Shown: positions 1-12,683 of the stretch, in pieces
Numbering within the stretch: position 1 is the first letter of the stretch
Layout: the number at the start of each line of letters is the position of its first letter
From: Mesotaenium endlicherianum
Lineage: Eukaryota
Reading direction: 5' to 3'
Length of the DNA: 64,000 bases
NCBI GenBank assembly: GCA_009602735.1
Contig: WELA01001807.1
Span: forward strand, 1-64,000
Notes under the pieces: generated by a model
Database searches by the model: none
The model's input: only the letters and a program-made list of their open reading frames with translations
Told to the model about the DNA's origin: nothing
Made by a program: the position numbers and the translations under genes

Positions 1-7
1 GAGGGAT

Positions 8-727
8 TGTAATGAATCAGTATACTGGTCGATATAATATTCATTTAAATAATATAGTTAAATAAGTTCTGCCTGCTAAACTCTAGTTAATAATCAATCT
101 GTTGGACTTTATACTTAATATCAGTTTAATGACTTGGCCGGAAGTAGCAGGCTGAGGCCACCTTAAGTCAGCTTGCTGACACATTCTTTGACAGCCAGCT
201 GACTTCCGTACTCGGTAGCAGCGAACTGCCTCAATATGCATCTAAGTGTGGTATGCTAGATGAATGGCCACATGACATCCCTATGATGGATGGCGATTCG
301 GGATGATGGGAGATGGCGGTGGATTTGGTTAACCGAGGTCCTACCAACGTGGTTAACTCCCGGGTAGGCGGTGCCATCGCACTGACCGTTGAACAGTAAA
401 CTCATTCCATGTACATATGCTAGGCATTGCTCTCGAGTTCGGCATTCGGAAACGAGGCCAACTCTCTTGTATAGCTTACTGAGAGAGATCTGAATCCAAG
501 GCAAGAAGCCATTGATACGCACTGTCTTCTAACCTTGCTTATGTATGAGTTACTGATTTGCATTATTGATGCTAGTTTACTCTCATTTGACTGACGAGTA
601 TTATTCACTGCTAGTGCGTTGTCCTTTTGCCGTTTAACAGTTAACGGAAAGTACCATAAAGATTACTTGCTGATATAAAGATCTTTATTAATTGTTAATC
701 GCCTATTTGGTAAGTCGATTCATTTCA
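8..727 (+). mobile_element. Family B Ty3/Gypsy LTR (720 bp), preceded by the end of a PPT (1-7) and followed by a PBS (729-740)
   Basis: Begins TGTAATGAATC and ends GATTCATTTCA; homologous to LTRs at 20300-20991, 37891-38608 and 60114-60829; GAGGGAT upstream matches the family PPT; TGGTATCGGAGC downstream is an initiator tRNA-Met-type PBS. Confidence 0.92.
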
Positions 728-2193
728 GTGGTATCGGAGCAGTTATCACAGTCTTCTTTGTATGGTAAGGATGATTCATTTCACACGCGAATTGTAAGTA
801 ATTTCATCGTTTGTATCAAGATAATGCTTTGTCTCGTAGATAAGCCCAATAAGGCCAGAAAGGCAACAACTGACCTTAAATATGTTATCATAACGTAGGT
901 GTCTGCGGCCTGCTGCATCAATTTATGAGGGAACATATGTGGAGTGACCACTTAGTTGCGTTGGCAAAGCAGCATGTGACGTGTATCCTTATCATCAAGG
1001 ATTGTCCTAGTGCATTCTTATCTAAATTGTCTCGCAACTTGTGTTACTCTTTATGCCGGCAAGGTCAAAATGTCACCAGTTAGCTGGCTTATCTTTATCG
1101 GGCATGAAAGTGCGTATTGGTTGTGAGCGTGTGGATGACTCATGAGTGGAGGAGGTCATGTAACTTGCTTGATATGCAGCCTTGAAGCGATAAGTCTGTA
1201 CCACACATACTACGAGTTTATAAAAACTCTTCATTTTTTTACATATCATTAATTTGCACATTTGGTGGCATCAAATGTTGGTTTGCAATATTCCAATACA
1301 TGTACTCCCTTAAATCCTAGCTTGCAGTAAGGCGCATTTACTGTAAGCTTTTTGAAAGCGGGCGCCGGTATATGTGCATGGTACTTAATATGTATGGGCA
1401 AGGTTGATCAACCTAACGAGGGATTTCAGCCGTCACAGTTTCTAAGTAACATGCACTACACTTCACAGTTTATTGGTCATTGAAGACATCGTTCCCACAA
1501 CTTTTGTCAGCAGCACCATGGCAAGTCCTATTCTTATCTTGGGTTAGTATAACGATGTATTTATAGGTTGTGACTCGTGAGGCAGATTCTTTGCAAATGA
1601 GAGTGACAGCTAGTGCATAAGTATGCTTGAGCGAGAAATAAGTGCTGGCCAGCAACCCCCATTGTCAACTCTACAAATGTCATCATGATTGAAGCACCTT
1701 CCATGTGAAAGAGATTGTGCGCTGAAGCGTGTGGAATGAAGCGTGTGGAATGTAACAGGCATGTCTAGCTGTTGCCGCGCATCTTCTTATGAGGCATAGA
1801 TTATAGGGGTTCATGTTGGGTGGGATCAGTTACTAGTATCAAATAGAAAAAAATGCCCATCAGTTTGTTCGTGAGAGCGAACTTACCGGGCACTAACAAA
1901 GACACCCAGTTTGCATGCAAAAAAGCATGTTGGTTGTTGGTTTCGTTTCATGTATTAGAAGCTTAAAAAAATGTCAGCACATGCTTTCCCACTCTCATGC
2001 ACAAGGAACTTTCAGAACCAATAGTTATCCAGCAGGAACTCGGAACAATTAGCATGTCCACCCAAATCATGTCGACTGCCTATTGTTACCAATACTGAGA
2101 CCATCGAGCAACATGAAGCTTCAAACACCATGATAAGAAGGTTTTGTGTCAAGATGCAGATTGCAATGCAGCCATCAAATCCCAACACGCTTA

Positions 2194-5100
2194 TCATTGC
2201 GTATCGTGCATGGCATCACTACCAGTTTTTCGCTTCTTCTGCTCTGATTGCTCCCCCTCCTGCGCACTCCTTGGTCCGGCATCCTCATTGACTTCTTCCA
2301 CCTCTGCATACGTCCCTGGCGGAGCATCGTCACAATCTAGACGTACTGCCTCATGCGCCTCTTGCTTGGATCGGTCCCTCTGCGCACTCCTCCATGCAGC
2401 ATCCTCATCAAGTCCTTCTACCTCTATATAGGTCCCTGGGAGAGCATCTTCACGACCTAGCCGTACAAAAGGCGCCTCAAATCCGCTTTTAGAGTCACCA
2501 GCAGCGACAGGAGCAGCAACACCAGAAACCGTCGCAGGGTCTGTCTGTGGGGGGTGAGGAGGCATGGCAGAAGCAGGAGCGACGGGTCCTGTCCCAGAGA
2601 GTGCTAGGTCCTCGATTGCTTGCAGGAATGACACCACGCTATATCCATCTGCAGACAACACACAAGTACCTCGTCAGCTGAAGATGAGTCCATCTCGGCG
2701 CAGGCCGACACATGAATGCGACATGGAGCGTGATGACATCAAGAAGCTAACCTCTGAGAGCTTGTAACATACGCTACGTGGCAACTGTCCAGTGGGTAAG
2801 GACACAAGTCCGACATGGCCCCTCAACTAGCCTTCCATGCTGGACGCTGGAAGAGGGAGAGCTGTTGACATCAGTGGACCATGGAGAAAACGGCCCTTAG
2901 CTTTCAGATCACGAACCACGCAAAGGGGCAAGTAGCAAAGCTCTTTGCAGCACCTCTCACGAAGCGCAGGCATGTAGATATTTGGCAGACCGGCTACCTT
3001 CAGCACAGCGCTGGGTTTGGCGCCTCTGACATATGCAACTGAGCATCAAGAGTCTGAAGGCAGCAAGAGGTTACACTTATTCTGGTCGATGCCGAATTGC
3101 GTCAAGTCTATCTGCCCACTCTGAAGCACCTGCGCGCACCACGCCCCACCCCACGCAGGCAGCCAGGCAGGCCGGCCGATCCAAGTCCCAGTAGTTCACA
3201 ACATGCTTCAGCACTCATTCTCCCCAGTAAAGCAGTTCCTCTCCATCAATGGCGAGCCCTGCTTGACGACGCCATGATGCAATCTGGCCAAGCAACACAG
3301 GATTTGTACGCAAGTGCAGGACAGATTGCCCATGCTGATACTGCTGTACCTGTGCCCAGACAGACACACATGCAGCGCACCAACCGCTTCTCTGGCACGA
3401 GGTGCATGCCCTTCCTCTGGGGACCAGCCAAAGGGACGCCAACACACGGAACCGCAGCGTAGTGATGGATCTGCTCATTCCTGGGCCACACTCTGCTGCG
3501 CCCCTTCCCATGCTCCAGAGTTCCCTCCACGCTCGCGCTCTGTCTTCCAAAGCACCAGGACGCCCGCTCTCAGCGTCTGAGGGACTCGTCCCTCGGGCCA
3601 GGACGACGACCATGCCTCCTGGACTTGGACCGTAAGCAAGCATTCTTTGGAGCGCAGCCTCCTTCTAAATTTGAAATGGGTTCTTATTGTCAAGTGAGCC
3701 AGTCGCCCCCCCCGACCTATCACAGGCCGAATGTGCCAAGGGCGTGGGCAATGCATGCAGTCTCACATGCGTGAAGACGTCGAGCTGCTGGTGGAACTGG
3801 GGGCTGATGACCAGGTCCTTCATGGCGGCAGGGCTCCTCAGGGCCTGCCATGCGTAATATGCCACCAGGAGCATTAGTCAGCAACGCACAACTCGTGGGT
3901 ACTGCCCTGAGCACAGGAGAGTATCTGCGCCTTTGCATGAGTGCATCGCCTCAATTCCCTCTCCCACCTCTTCTCCCTCTTTCTCGCCCTCTTTGTCCCT
4001 CCACCCCCCCCCCCCNNNNNNNNNNNNNNNNNNNNNNNNNNNNNNNNNNNNNNNNNNNNNNNNNNNNNNNNNNNNNNNNNNNNNNNNNNNNNNNNNNNNN
4101 NNNNNNNNNNNNNNNNNNNNNNNNNNNNNNNNNNNNNNNNNNNNNNNNNNNNNNNNNNNNNNNNNNNNNNNNNNNNNNNNNNNNNNNNNNNNNNNNNNNN
4201 NNNNNNNNNNNNNNNNNNNNNNNNNNNNNNNNNNNNNNNNNNNNNNNNNNNNNNNNNNNNNNNNNNNNNNNNNNNNNNNNNNNNNTTCAATAGAAACATT
4301 GCCCCCCCCCGGGCCCCCCGCCTTACCCTCCCACTCCTTCCCAGGCCATTTCCTTCCTGCTCTATCCTGCTTTGCATCTCTCCTTCTCCCTCTTCCGCCC
4401 AAACCCCTTCCCAACCACTCGCTTGCCTACCCGCCAAACCTCCCCCTCCCCCCTTCCTTCCCTGTTTCCACAGCGAATCTAGTGCCTCTTTAAGCCCGGC
4501 AAAAAGCCGTCTTCGTTCCCTTCTTCCAAGGTGAGCAGATGGCAGACAAAACGCTCACATCCACCACAAATCTTGAGTGATACATAGACATGGGATGAGA
4601 TGGGTCGCCTCAGGGAATGCCAGGTGGCAGTGCAAGCCACTGGCAAGGCTGAAGGAAGAAGCCCCTCATTCACTCCTGACCGGTCCCCAGCCAAAACGAG
4701 CTGCCGCCAGGGGCCACGGCGGGATGACGTTGTGGCGGCTAACAGGTCAACGTTGGTCACACGGACGGGGGTGGATCATGAAGAAGTCCGCCTCAGCAGG
4801 TGCAATGGCCAGCAGCGTGGTGCAGAGTGCAACCCCCCCTCACCCCCCCACCCAAATGGGGCTTGCCTCCCTCCCTCCCGGGCCTGAGCCCAGAAAGTGC
4901 CCGATCTCATAAGAGCTTGCTCCTCCTCTCCAATGTCCTACATAAGCTTGGTGGGTTCCACAATAAAAGAGAATAGGTGGAGGAGGGGGGGCGGGGAGAG
5001 GAGTGGAGGGAGGGAGGCCCATGGGGGACGGTGGTGCTTCCTTCTGCACCGCAAGAGAAGGTGAGGGATGCTGGTGTGCTGCACCTCGGGCAGGTGGGGC

Positions 5101-8100
5101 GCGAGGCGCTGCTGCACGTCGGCGCTCTGCAGCAGCGGCAGCATCACCTCCGGCCGCAGCACCTGCCCCAAACTGGCCTCGGGCGCCGCTGCCGCCGCTG
5201 CGCCTCGCATGCCTGCTGCCATACCTGCTGCCATGCCTGCTGCCAGGCCCGATAGGTCACCTGCTCAGGCCACAGGAAGAGAGTTACCACTGCTCTCCAG
5301 AGGGTGGACGACGTGAGAACCCACCACAGGTGCATACCTCCCCCTAGTCGTATCATGCTTCTAATTGGTATGGATGGGGGGCAGCCAGCCATCGTTCCTT
5401 ATTTGCCAAGCTATTGCATCAGAACAGCATCGACATGAACCGTGCTGACCACGCGGCTCCTCTCGATACAAATGGGGCCAAGGCTTGTGTGAGGTTTCGG
5501 GATCGGCATGCATGAAGTGGAAGCACCACACTGCTGGCTATGCCCATCTGCCGCTGTCCTCCTGTACAGGCACTGTGGAGCCAGGCTGTCCCTTTGATGC
5601 TCTCTCGAACACGCGCATGCGCACATGCACCTTACCCTCCCGCAATCAGTCAACAACAGAGGCAGCGCAAAGGGCACAACCCCTACACCGGAGAACTGGC
5701 CTTCCCCACCAAAGGAACATCTCGCACGCTTTTTGTGATTGCAAAAGAAGGACCAGGAGCAGCAGCAGCAGTACCAACAGATGGGGGCTGAGCTGGCGGG
5801 TGTCCCAGATTGAGCATGATCTGCTGCAATGTCGACAGCTGTATCGGGCCGCCGTGCCGTCGCTGCTGCTGCTGCTGCTGGTAATGGGCCTGCCCAGCTG
5901 CGGCACCACCTGCTGCTGCTGCTGGCCCCTGCCCCGAGCTGTGCGCTTCTTCCAGACCAGGTGTACTGCGCAGACACACCCTCATCCACACAGATCTCCT
6001 CAGGACGCCCGCCAGTACATTCCAACGGTGACCGCAAGGCACCTCTCTACACATGTCAACTCCTAAGGAGTCCTACTTGAACCCTTTTCACAATCAACAC
6101 CCTAAGCCCTCCACCCTCAACTCTCAGCCCTCAACCAGGGCAGTGACATCGGCTCTTCCAACAGAACAGGGAAGGAGCTGCGTGAACGAAGAAGACAGAC
6201 CACACATCGCCCGCCCTGTCATGCTCATCCGATGCTGCGGGGAAGTCTTTGTGACTAGCCCTCGAGCCCTGTCTCCCCTCGGCAAGAGACAGCCCACCCC
6301 CTCTGCGCACGTGCCCCGTCCGCAGTCTCCCTGGCAAGTAGCAAATAGTCCCACGGGCGTCCTGGAGCCTTGAGCTGCGGAGGAGGGAGCAGAGTGTGCC
6401 ATGGCCCGCCGGATGTCAGAGGAGCTCCACACTGGTGGACTTCGGGCGACATGTCTCTCGCACATACGCCCTGCTCTGGCCAATCTATGGCGAGGAGGAG
6501 AAGGCAGGGTGCGGCTGCCACCGCCAGCCAGCAGGAGAAATGTGGTGGCACTGGAGAAGGTGAAAAGGCGTAGGCAATGACCTTGAGCGATGACCAGAGG
6601 CGTCAGCGCCAGCAGAATCCTCCTCCTCCTCCTCCTCCTCCTCCATGGCTTGAGGCTCTCCTTCCACCTCTTCTTGATCCTCCTCCTCTTCCTCCCCCTC
6701 TGTCTCCTCAGTCTCCCCCTCCTCCTCCTCCTCCTCCTCCTCCCCCTCCTCCTCACCCTGCCTGTGCCCCTGCCCCTCTCCTTCCATCTCCATCTCGTCC
6801 AAATCGTGGGCTGGCTCAGGCACGACACAGCCACGCTTGTCCAGAGCAATGAGACGTACAGAAAGAGTGACAGATAGACAGGATAGACAGGACAGGGAAA
6901 AATCGAGCCACCAAGCATGCAACGACAAGTGCTGGGAGGCAGACAGTTGGCAGAGAGCGTGAGCCACTCGGCACCCTCCTAGCACAGCTACCACAGCACC
7001 CTGAGAGCCTCGTGCTATTGGAAAGCCAGACATGGAGGACATGGATGATAAACAAGCTCTTCTATCTGACAACCGTGTGCAGTGATTGGCTGCACTCTGG
7101 AAAGCTGGCAAGTATTCTCACACACGCACACAACAAGACTGCAGGAGGTGGAAGGAAACGTGAATAGCCAGCACTCACGGCCGGCGAGGAGAGTCCTCAT
7201 GGCGGCACAGTGTTTCTCATCGTCGGCCGCGTTGGGCTCCTGTCAGACACGATGAGCACGAGCAGAGCAGTTTATAGCCCCCCTTCTATGAAGAGGCGCA
7301 GCCGAGGCAACAGCAGCAGCCACGTCAGGAGCTTCCATTGGGTCATGGCACCAAAAGACAGAAGAGGGAGAGGGGGGGAGAAATAGGGAAAGGGGAGAGG
7401 GGGAGAGGGAGAGCGAGAGGGAGAGGGAGAGAGGGAGAGGGAGAGGGAGAGGGAGAGGGAAGGGAGAAGGGAGAGGGAAGAAGGTAGAGAAGGAGGGAGG
7501 CTCTCTCAGTCATGTCACACACGCCACCTCAACCTCCTGCTGTTCTTTGCACACTTCTGTCGTGCTAGGCATCCTCTGTGGTCAATTCAGACGGCATTGC
7601 CTGCAATAGTCACGCCCCCTTTTCACCCCCACACTAGTACGCATGTGCAAGGATGACCATAATCAGTGATTACTTCACAAGTCAAGTTGCATGCCAAGGC
7701 ACTAACGTGGACCAGCAGTGCGCATGCCGCTCGTCACAGTACTTCTGACAGTACTTCTGACAGTACTTCCGACAATACTTCGGAACGGGTGGAAATTGAG
7801 GGACGAGGTTACGACCAATCAATTGACTGACATGCCACAACTCCTTCCTGGCGGATGTCCCTCAAGCTGGAAGCAGAAGGTTCTGGAGGCATAACACAAC
7901 CATCATGTGATGCCAGCTGAGGGCTACAGAGGGTGACCAAAGTCGTCACTGCTTGTGATAGCACAAGCTGCAAGCCCGATAAAGGCACGCTGGCTGTGGC
8001 GCCCTCAAGCAGCAGGAGAAAGCAGCAAGAGGGCAGCTCCCTGGTTCCACAGGGCCTTGCTAACCCCCTCCGGGAGCAAGTGCAGGTAGACCAGACCTGC

Positions 8101-8912
8101 ATCCAGAAGAAGAACTTCTTGGTGTCGTTTTTGAAGCGCAGCATGTACACGCGCCCACTTGACTGCTCAACCTGCTCCCATTGAAGATAGCAACTGCCAG
8201 TTGTCAGCCATCTAGGGGGCAGCATGCAGCAAGTGCTAAGGTCACCCTGCAAGAGCTTCGAGGAGAAATTGCGAACGGCCAGCACTCATTTGTGGATGAA
8301 AGGATGAAGTTGCAGATATCCAGTATATGAACATCATGGGAACAAAATCCCCTATGACAACGTGCATGGGGGGAAGCTCATACATGTTCTCGCTCATACA
8401 GCAAATCTGGCTGCACAGAACATGCAGTCGTAGTAACTAAACAAGAAATAAGACGCCATGCCAAAGTGCTTTGATCACAACTCCTTCTAGAAGATGATCA
8501 CCTTTTCAAACACGGCTTCCCCCTCATATAGAATCTGTGCCAAGTCTACCATCCTCGTTGTTCGGTCAATCCACAAAAGGTAACGCTCTTGGCTCTCTTG
8601 GCTCTGCACCAGATAGAGACAGAAAGTTTCAAACTATTTTTCAAGTGACTTCAGGTATAGACGGGAAGTTTTGACAAGCCCCATCTTAGCTCAAAAGAAT
8701 GGACATCACGTGCTACGACCACGGGGACAAAAGACTTTGCAAGCTATCAAGTGCTAACTTTACGTGACAGCTGTCTGTATCCGCGCAAAAGCTTGTGAAT
8801 GACTTTACGTTCCTACCTCGACAATCTTTATATTCCCTTTCCTGGTATCCGGCCGAACTGTGGTTCCCTCCACAATCATCATGCCAGCCCGGAACTCATG
8901 TTTCACAATGGC
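2194..8912 (-). CDS. RPN13: 26S proteasome ubiquitin receptor RPN13/ADRM1 homologue, spliced; start exon not resolved
   Basis: Phase-consistent GT-AG exons 8912-8817, 8603-8502, 8171-8097, 7239-7179, 6810-6582, 5965-5754, 5260-5085, 3844-3767, 3129-3075, 2648-2194. Pru domain motifs EFRAGMM...PDTRKG, WIDR, SSGRVYMLRF...FFFWMQE; plant-type C-terminal motifs SPQFHQQLDVFTHVLQSGQIDLTQFG and SFLQAIED. A small extra exon near 6300-6330 is possible. Confidence 0.9.
7403..7452 (+). repeat. (GAGAGG)n purine microsatellite in an RPN13 intron
   Basis: Directly visible tandem hexamer. Confidence 0.9.
7736..7783 (+). repeat. 12-bp tandem repeat x4 (ACAGTACTTCTG)
   Basis: Four adjacent units with a few substitutions in units 3-4. 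Confidence 0.9.
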
Positions 8913-9814
8913 CTGCCAGAAATATGAACAGCACAAAGAGACATGATATTTCATCGATCAGAACGCGACACGTCAGACTGTCAGACGCGAGATAACAAGC
9001 GGATCCTAAACAGTTACAGCTACTTTTACAATGATCAAAGAGAAGACCACAGGAGGCCCACAGACTGCAAATCTATCTGTATTGAGCCTTACAGCATGTG
9101 TAGTGCGCGTTACAACATAAGCCATCTTTCGATTATGACAAGTCTATTTCCAGAGTAGAGATGAGACTTCAATAATCCTCAAGAGGCAATACCCCAGCAA
9201 CTACAACGAAGGGATACATATGATTCTTTTCAATACACTAAGAAGCATATATCCTATTTCGCTTCGGTGCGTAGAGACGGTTGTAACTAATACGGTCACA
9301 AGTATGCTGGAAGAATACTTCTGAGGCGAGGCTCGAGTGTGCTGCTAAGATTAATTACAACATCGAACATGAATGACATTGAGCTTCGCTGCCATCTGCA
9401 TGTCTGTCTGTGATTTGCATGATTCCTGAAACTTGCATGCCACTAATGTTATATTCCACCAAGTCCGCAAAAATTGCTTTCAACCGTTTTCACGCGTGTT
9501 TTCTCATTCAAGACAGCGATCTCGCGCGATACCCTTCCTCACCGACCGTCGCCGACAATTGCCTGCCCCTCACCCTTCGAAAAAAATATCGCCACCATGG
9601 CTACACATGGATTTTTAACATGAAGAACATGATAGCAACATGACAGAACTTCAACACGACGGGCAAATCTGAGATTATAAAGCACACTTCGTCTTGAACC
9701 TTCCATTAGGAAAGCCCCAGCCGTTCACTTTAAAAGCGCGACTGTAATTAAATCACGGCCCCCCTCACAAACGGAAACTCTTATCAAGTATGAAGGCCTA
9801 TTTGTGGTCGCTTG

Positions 9815-10200
9815 TAAGGCCCCCTCACATAAAGTTTTCGAGGGCGAAATCAGTAAGGGCGTCGAGCATGCGCGTTAGACTTTATGGTCAAACGGAAGTA
9901 CACTGTTAGGTCGTTCAACGTGTTTCAAGTAGTTCAATATCGTGCATGGAAAAAGATGGAGATGTTTCGACTGGGCCTGCGCCTTGCAAATTTGATGTGC
10001 ACACATTAAATCTGTCAAACTCGTCAGACATCAAATTTGTTTGAAATCGATAGGTTGTTGTGTGGTGGAGTGACGTCTCACAAGCCATGCAGCAGGCTGC
10101 TAGCGGGTAGACGCGAGGAGATTAGGCATGGCGAGGAGAGGAGAGGGGAAAGGCAACGACGAGGATGGGTCGGCCCACGCGAGGCAAGTCATCTTTCGTC
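9815..10200 (-). repeat. Diverged copy of the GC-rich CCTCAC repeat family; extent approximate
   Basis: TAAGGCCCCCTCAC...GAAATCAGTAAGGGC is the reverse complement of the 3' end of the copy at 43321-43906. Confidence 0.55.
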
Positions 10201-10318
10201 CCTCTAGTGCTTTTGGGCATTTATTATTCTGATGCAGGGTGACTTCGTGCTAGCCATGGCGAGCAAGGGTTTGTCTCGCATGGTCTCTTAAACATATTTT
10301 AATATAATTTGTTCATGT

Positions 10319-10562
10319 CCTAGTTTTAAAATACTCCCGTACAGCCTCTTTTGGCCGAATCATACGTATTGCAGTACTCCGTATCGTGATAATCCGTATT
10401 GGCGTGTAATGAGATTTTTGATTTATTTCCAATTTATAGTCGGTTTATCCACCGACACTCACGTATTTCGGCGTATTCCAACGTACAAGTTTGACTTTCA
10501 CGTACTATACGCACGACGAATCCGTACACACGTATGCGCCGTATCCGAATTTCAAAACTAGG
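10319..10562. mobile_element. hAT-type MITE, 244 bp
   Basis: TIR CCTAGTTTT(A/G)AAAT at both ends; perfect 8-bp TSD GTTCATGT (10311-10318 and 10563-10570); many internal CGTA motifs. Confidence 0.88.
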
Positions 10563-11654
10563 GTTCATGTTGACATGCTACGTCGACTTGTTTGGATGTT
10601 TGAATTTGTCGTTCTTTCGAGGCACTTTGTAACTGGAAGTTGGCGGCCCTCTTACGGATTCAATTTAACGTAGAAAAGGGCATCAAAGACAAATATGAGG
10701 AGTATACAAATACATACCACCCATTAGTGTCTCTAGTACATATAAGATTTTGTTGGCTCTAGTAAGGTGCCTCTCATGTAATCCTTGAAAGGAGAAAATC
10801 AGTAAGGGGCGTCGCTCGTGTGAGCTTTGGCTTGTACATATGTTGGAACTTGTATGTGCACGTATGCCACCTGTGTAAGGTCATAGGTTTAAAAGGTGCA
10901 TTTTTGAGTTTCATGAAAGTATGTTTTGCCTGTATAGAAGTGCATTTTTGTGATCATATTGATATAAAGTTCATCGAATTTAATTGATTATTGAGAGAGT
11001 TATGGATTTCCGAAGTTTAATTAGTTTTGAGGTCGGTTGACGACTGTCCTTAATTCGCGGTGAGCGCGACCGTCGGATTGACCGACAACTTCGAGCGATC
11101 TGGCCCGTTAGAGTGAATTCGAACCTTCACGAAGTTCGGCTGACGCGGAGTGCCGACTAGGTCGATTTACCTAGAAGTTTCGGATTAGCTTAGCGCGCCT
11201 AAGTTAGTATATTCTAGATATTTCGATGCATGCATGTGGACGTCAAATCGGCCCGACACGTCAGATGAGATTGATCTGGCTTTCTCACGAATATTTTGGA
11301 AGGGACGATTTGACAAACACTTGGGAAAATCCGTTGCGAAGCGGCCCTCCCGCCTAGGGGCGAGCAGCCGTCGTATATAACTACAAATAGACATAACTAC
11401 ATTTCTTATCAGTTTTCACTTCTGTAAATTTCTATGGGTTTGTAATGACAAGGCCTTTCATCCTAGTTCATTTGTGAGCAGTTTCTTGCTACTCAAAATG
11501 TTGAGTAATTTTCCTACGCTTTTTTAGTGATATGCGGCTGCACTCTTTAGTATGATTGCAACTAGTTCTTTTCCTCGTGAGTCACTACGCTTCCACTAGG
11601 GCACTCTGCCCCTTTCATCTGGTATCGGAGCCGGGCTAGTTTGCATAATATATT

Positions 11655-12683
11655 ATGGAGTCGCAGCCGGCAGCTGGAGGAGGCGAACATGTCGAGCATG
11701 TTGAGCATGCGGGGCAGCAGGCAGCACCAACGATGACCAGAGAGCAACAAGAAATGCAGGCGATGCTGAGGCAAATGGCAAATACAATTGGAGGAGAAGT
11801 CTACACTCAGTTTCAACAAAATATGTGCACGGAGGTAGAGTGAATGGTGCGAGTTGTTATGGGGAACGCCGCTTCAACGGGTTCGGCACCTGCACCTGTT
11901 GTACCACCAATTCATGTTAACCCAGTGGTGCAACCAATTATTCCACCCGCATCGGGAGTGCGTGCGCCTAAGCTTGAAGTGTATACTGGAGAGCGTGGAT
12001 CGCCGCCTATTCATCAATGGATTTTGGGAGTGAAGAAGTTTATGGAGTACTCTGCGCTCACGCCCGACAGGCAAGTCGCCTTTGTCATAACTTTGCTGCA
12101 GAAGAGTGCTGGAGCTTGGTATGAACGAGAAGAGCAGCTGTCTGGAGTTCCTGCTACTGTTGATCAGCTATTTGAAGGCTTGAAGAGGCAATTTCAACCT
12201 ATTGCACCCGAGGCTACCGCTCGAGATCTATTGGTGCGCCTTCGTCAAGGAGGAAGCGTTCAAGAATATGCATTGCGCTTCAACGAGCTGGTGCTTCAAT
12301 GTCCATCCATGCACGAGTCGGAGATGATGGACAAGTTCAAGCGGGGACTAAAGCCAACTGTGGCGATGGAAGTGGCACTCAAGGACCCTACCAGTCTTAG
12401 AGAACTGATGGCATTGGCAACAAGGGTCGACGCTGTGGAGTATAGTTAGAGGCAGTGGGACAGCCACAACTTTGGAGGATATCGACACATTGGATCTCAA
12501 GCGCCAAGCACGAGTGTTCAAGGTCCAGTACCTCTGGAATTGGGACTTATTCAGTACCAGCGCAGGCAGCAGAATTTTAAGCTGAGAGGACCCTGCTATG
12601 ATTGTGGCAAGCTTGGACATCTGGCTCGAGACTGTCATGTGAAGGCGAAGCCTCAACAGCAGGAAAAAGGAGGACGCCAGTAA
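11655..12683 (+). pseudogene. gag: A1 gag (capsid + CCHC zinc knuckle) with 2 premature stops
   Basis: LRQGGSVQEYALRF, FKRGLKP, CYDCGKLGHLARDC; stops at 11841 and 12447. Confidence 0.9.

Noticed and set aside
256..608. Short ORFs recurring in each family-B LTR
   Set aside because: Recurrence reflects LTR homology; starts, stops and frames differ between copies
3850..4534. Long ORFs crossing the N run at 4016-4285
   Set aside because: Open only because Ns contain no stops; the region is an RPN13 intron
6577..6877. Plus-strand poly-Pro and poly-Leu ORFs
   Set aside because: Antisense shadows of the (GAG)n RPN13 exon
7736..7783. CRISPR-like repeat array
   Set aside because: Adjacent 12-bp units with no spacers, in a eukaryotic intron, with no cas genes
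9360..9600. Candidate first exons of RPN13 (ATGs near 9395 and 9597)
   Set aside because: The obvious donors are out of phase with the 8912 exon; unresolved without transcripts
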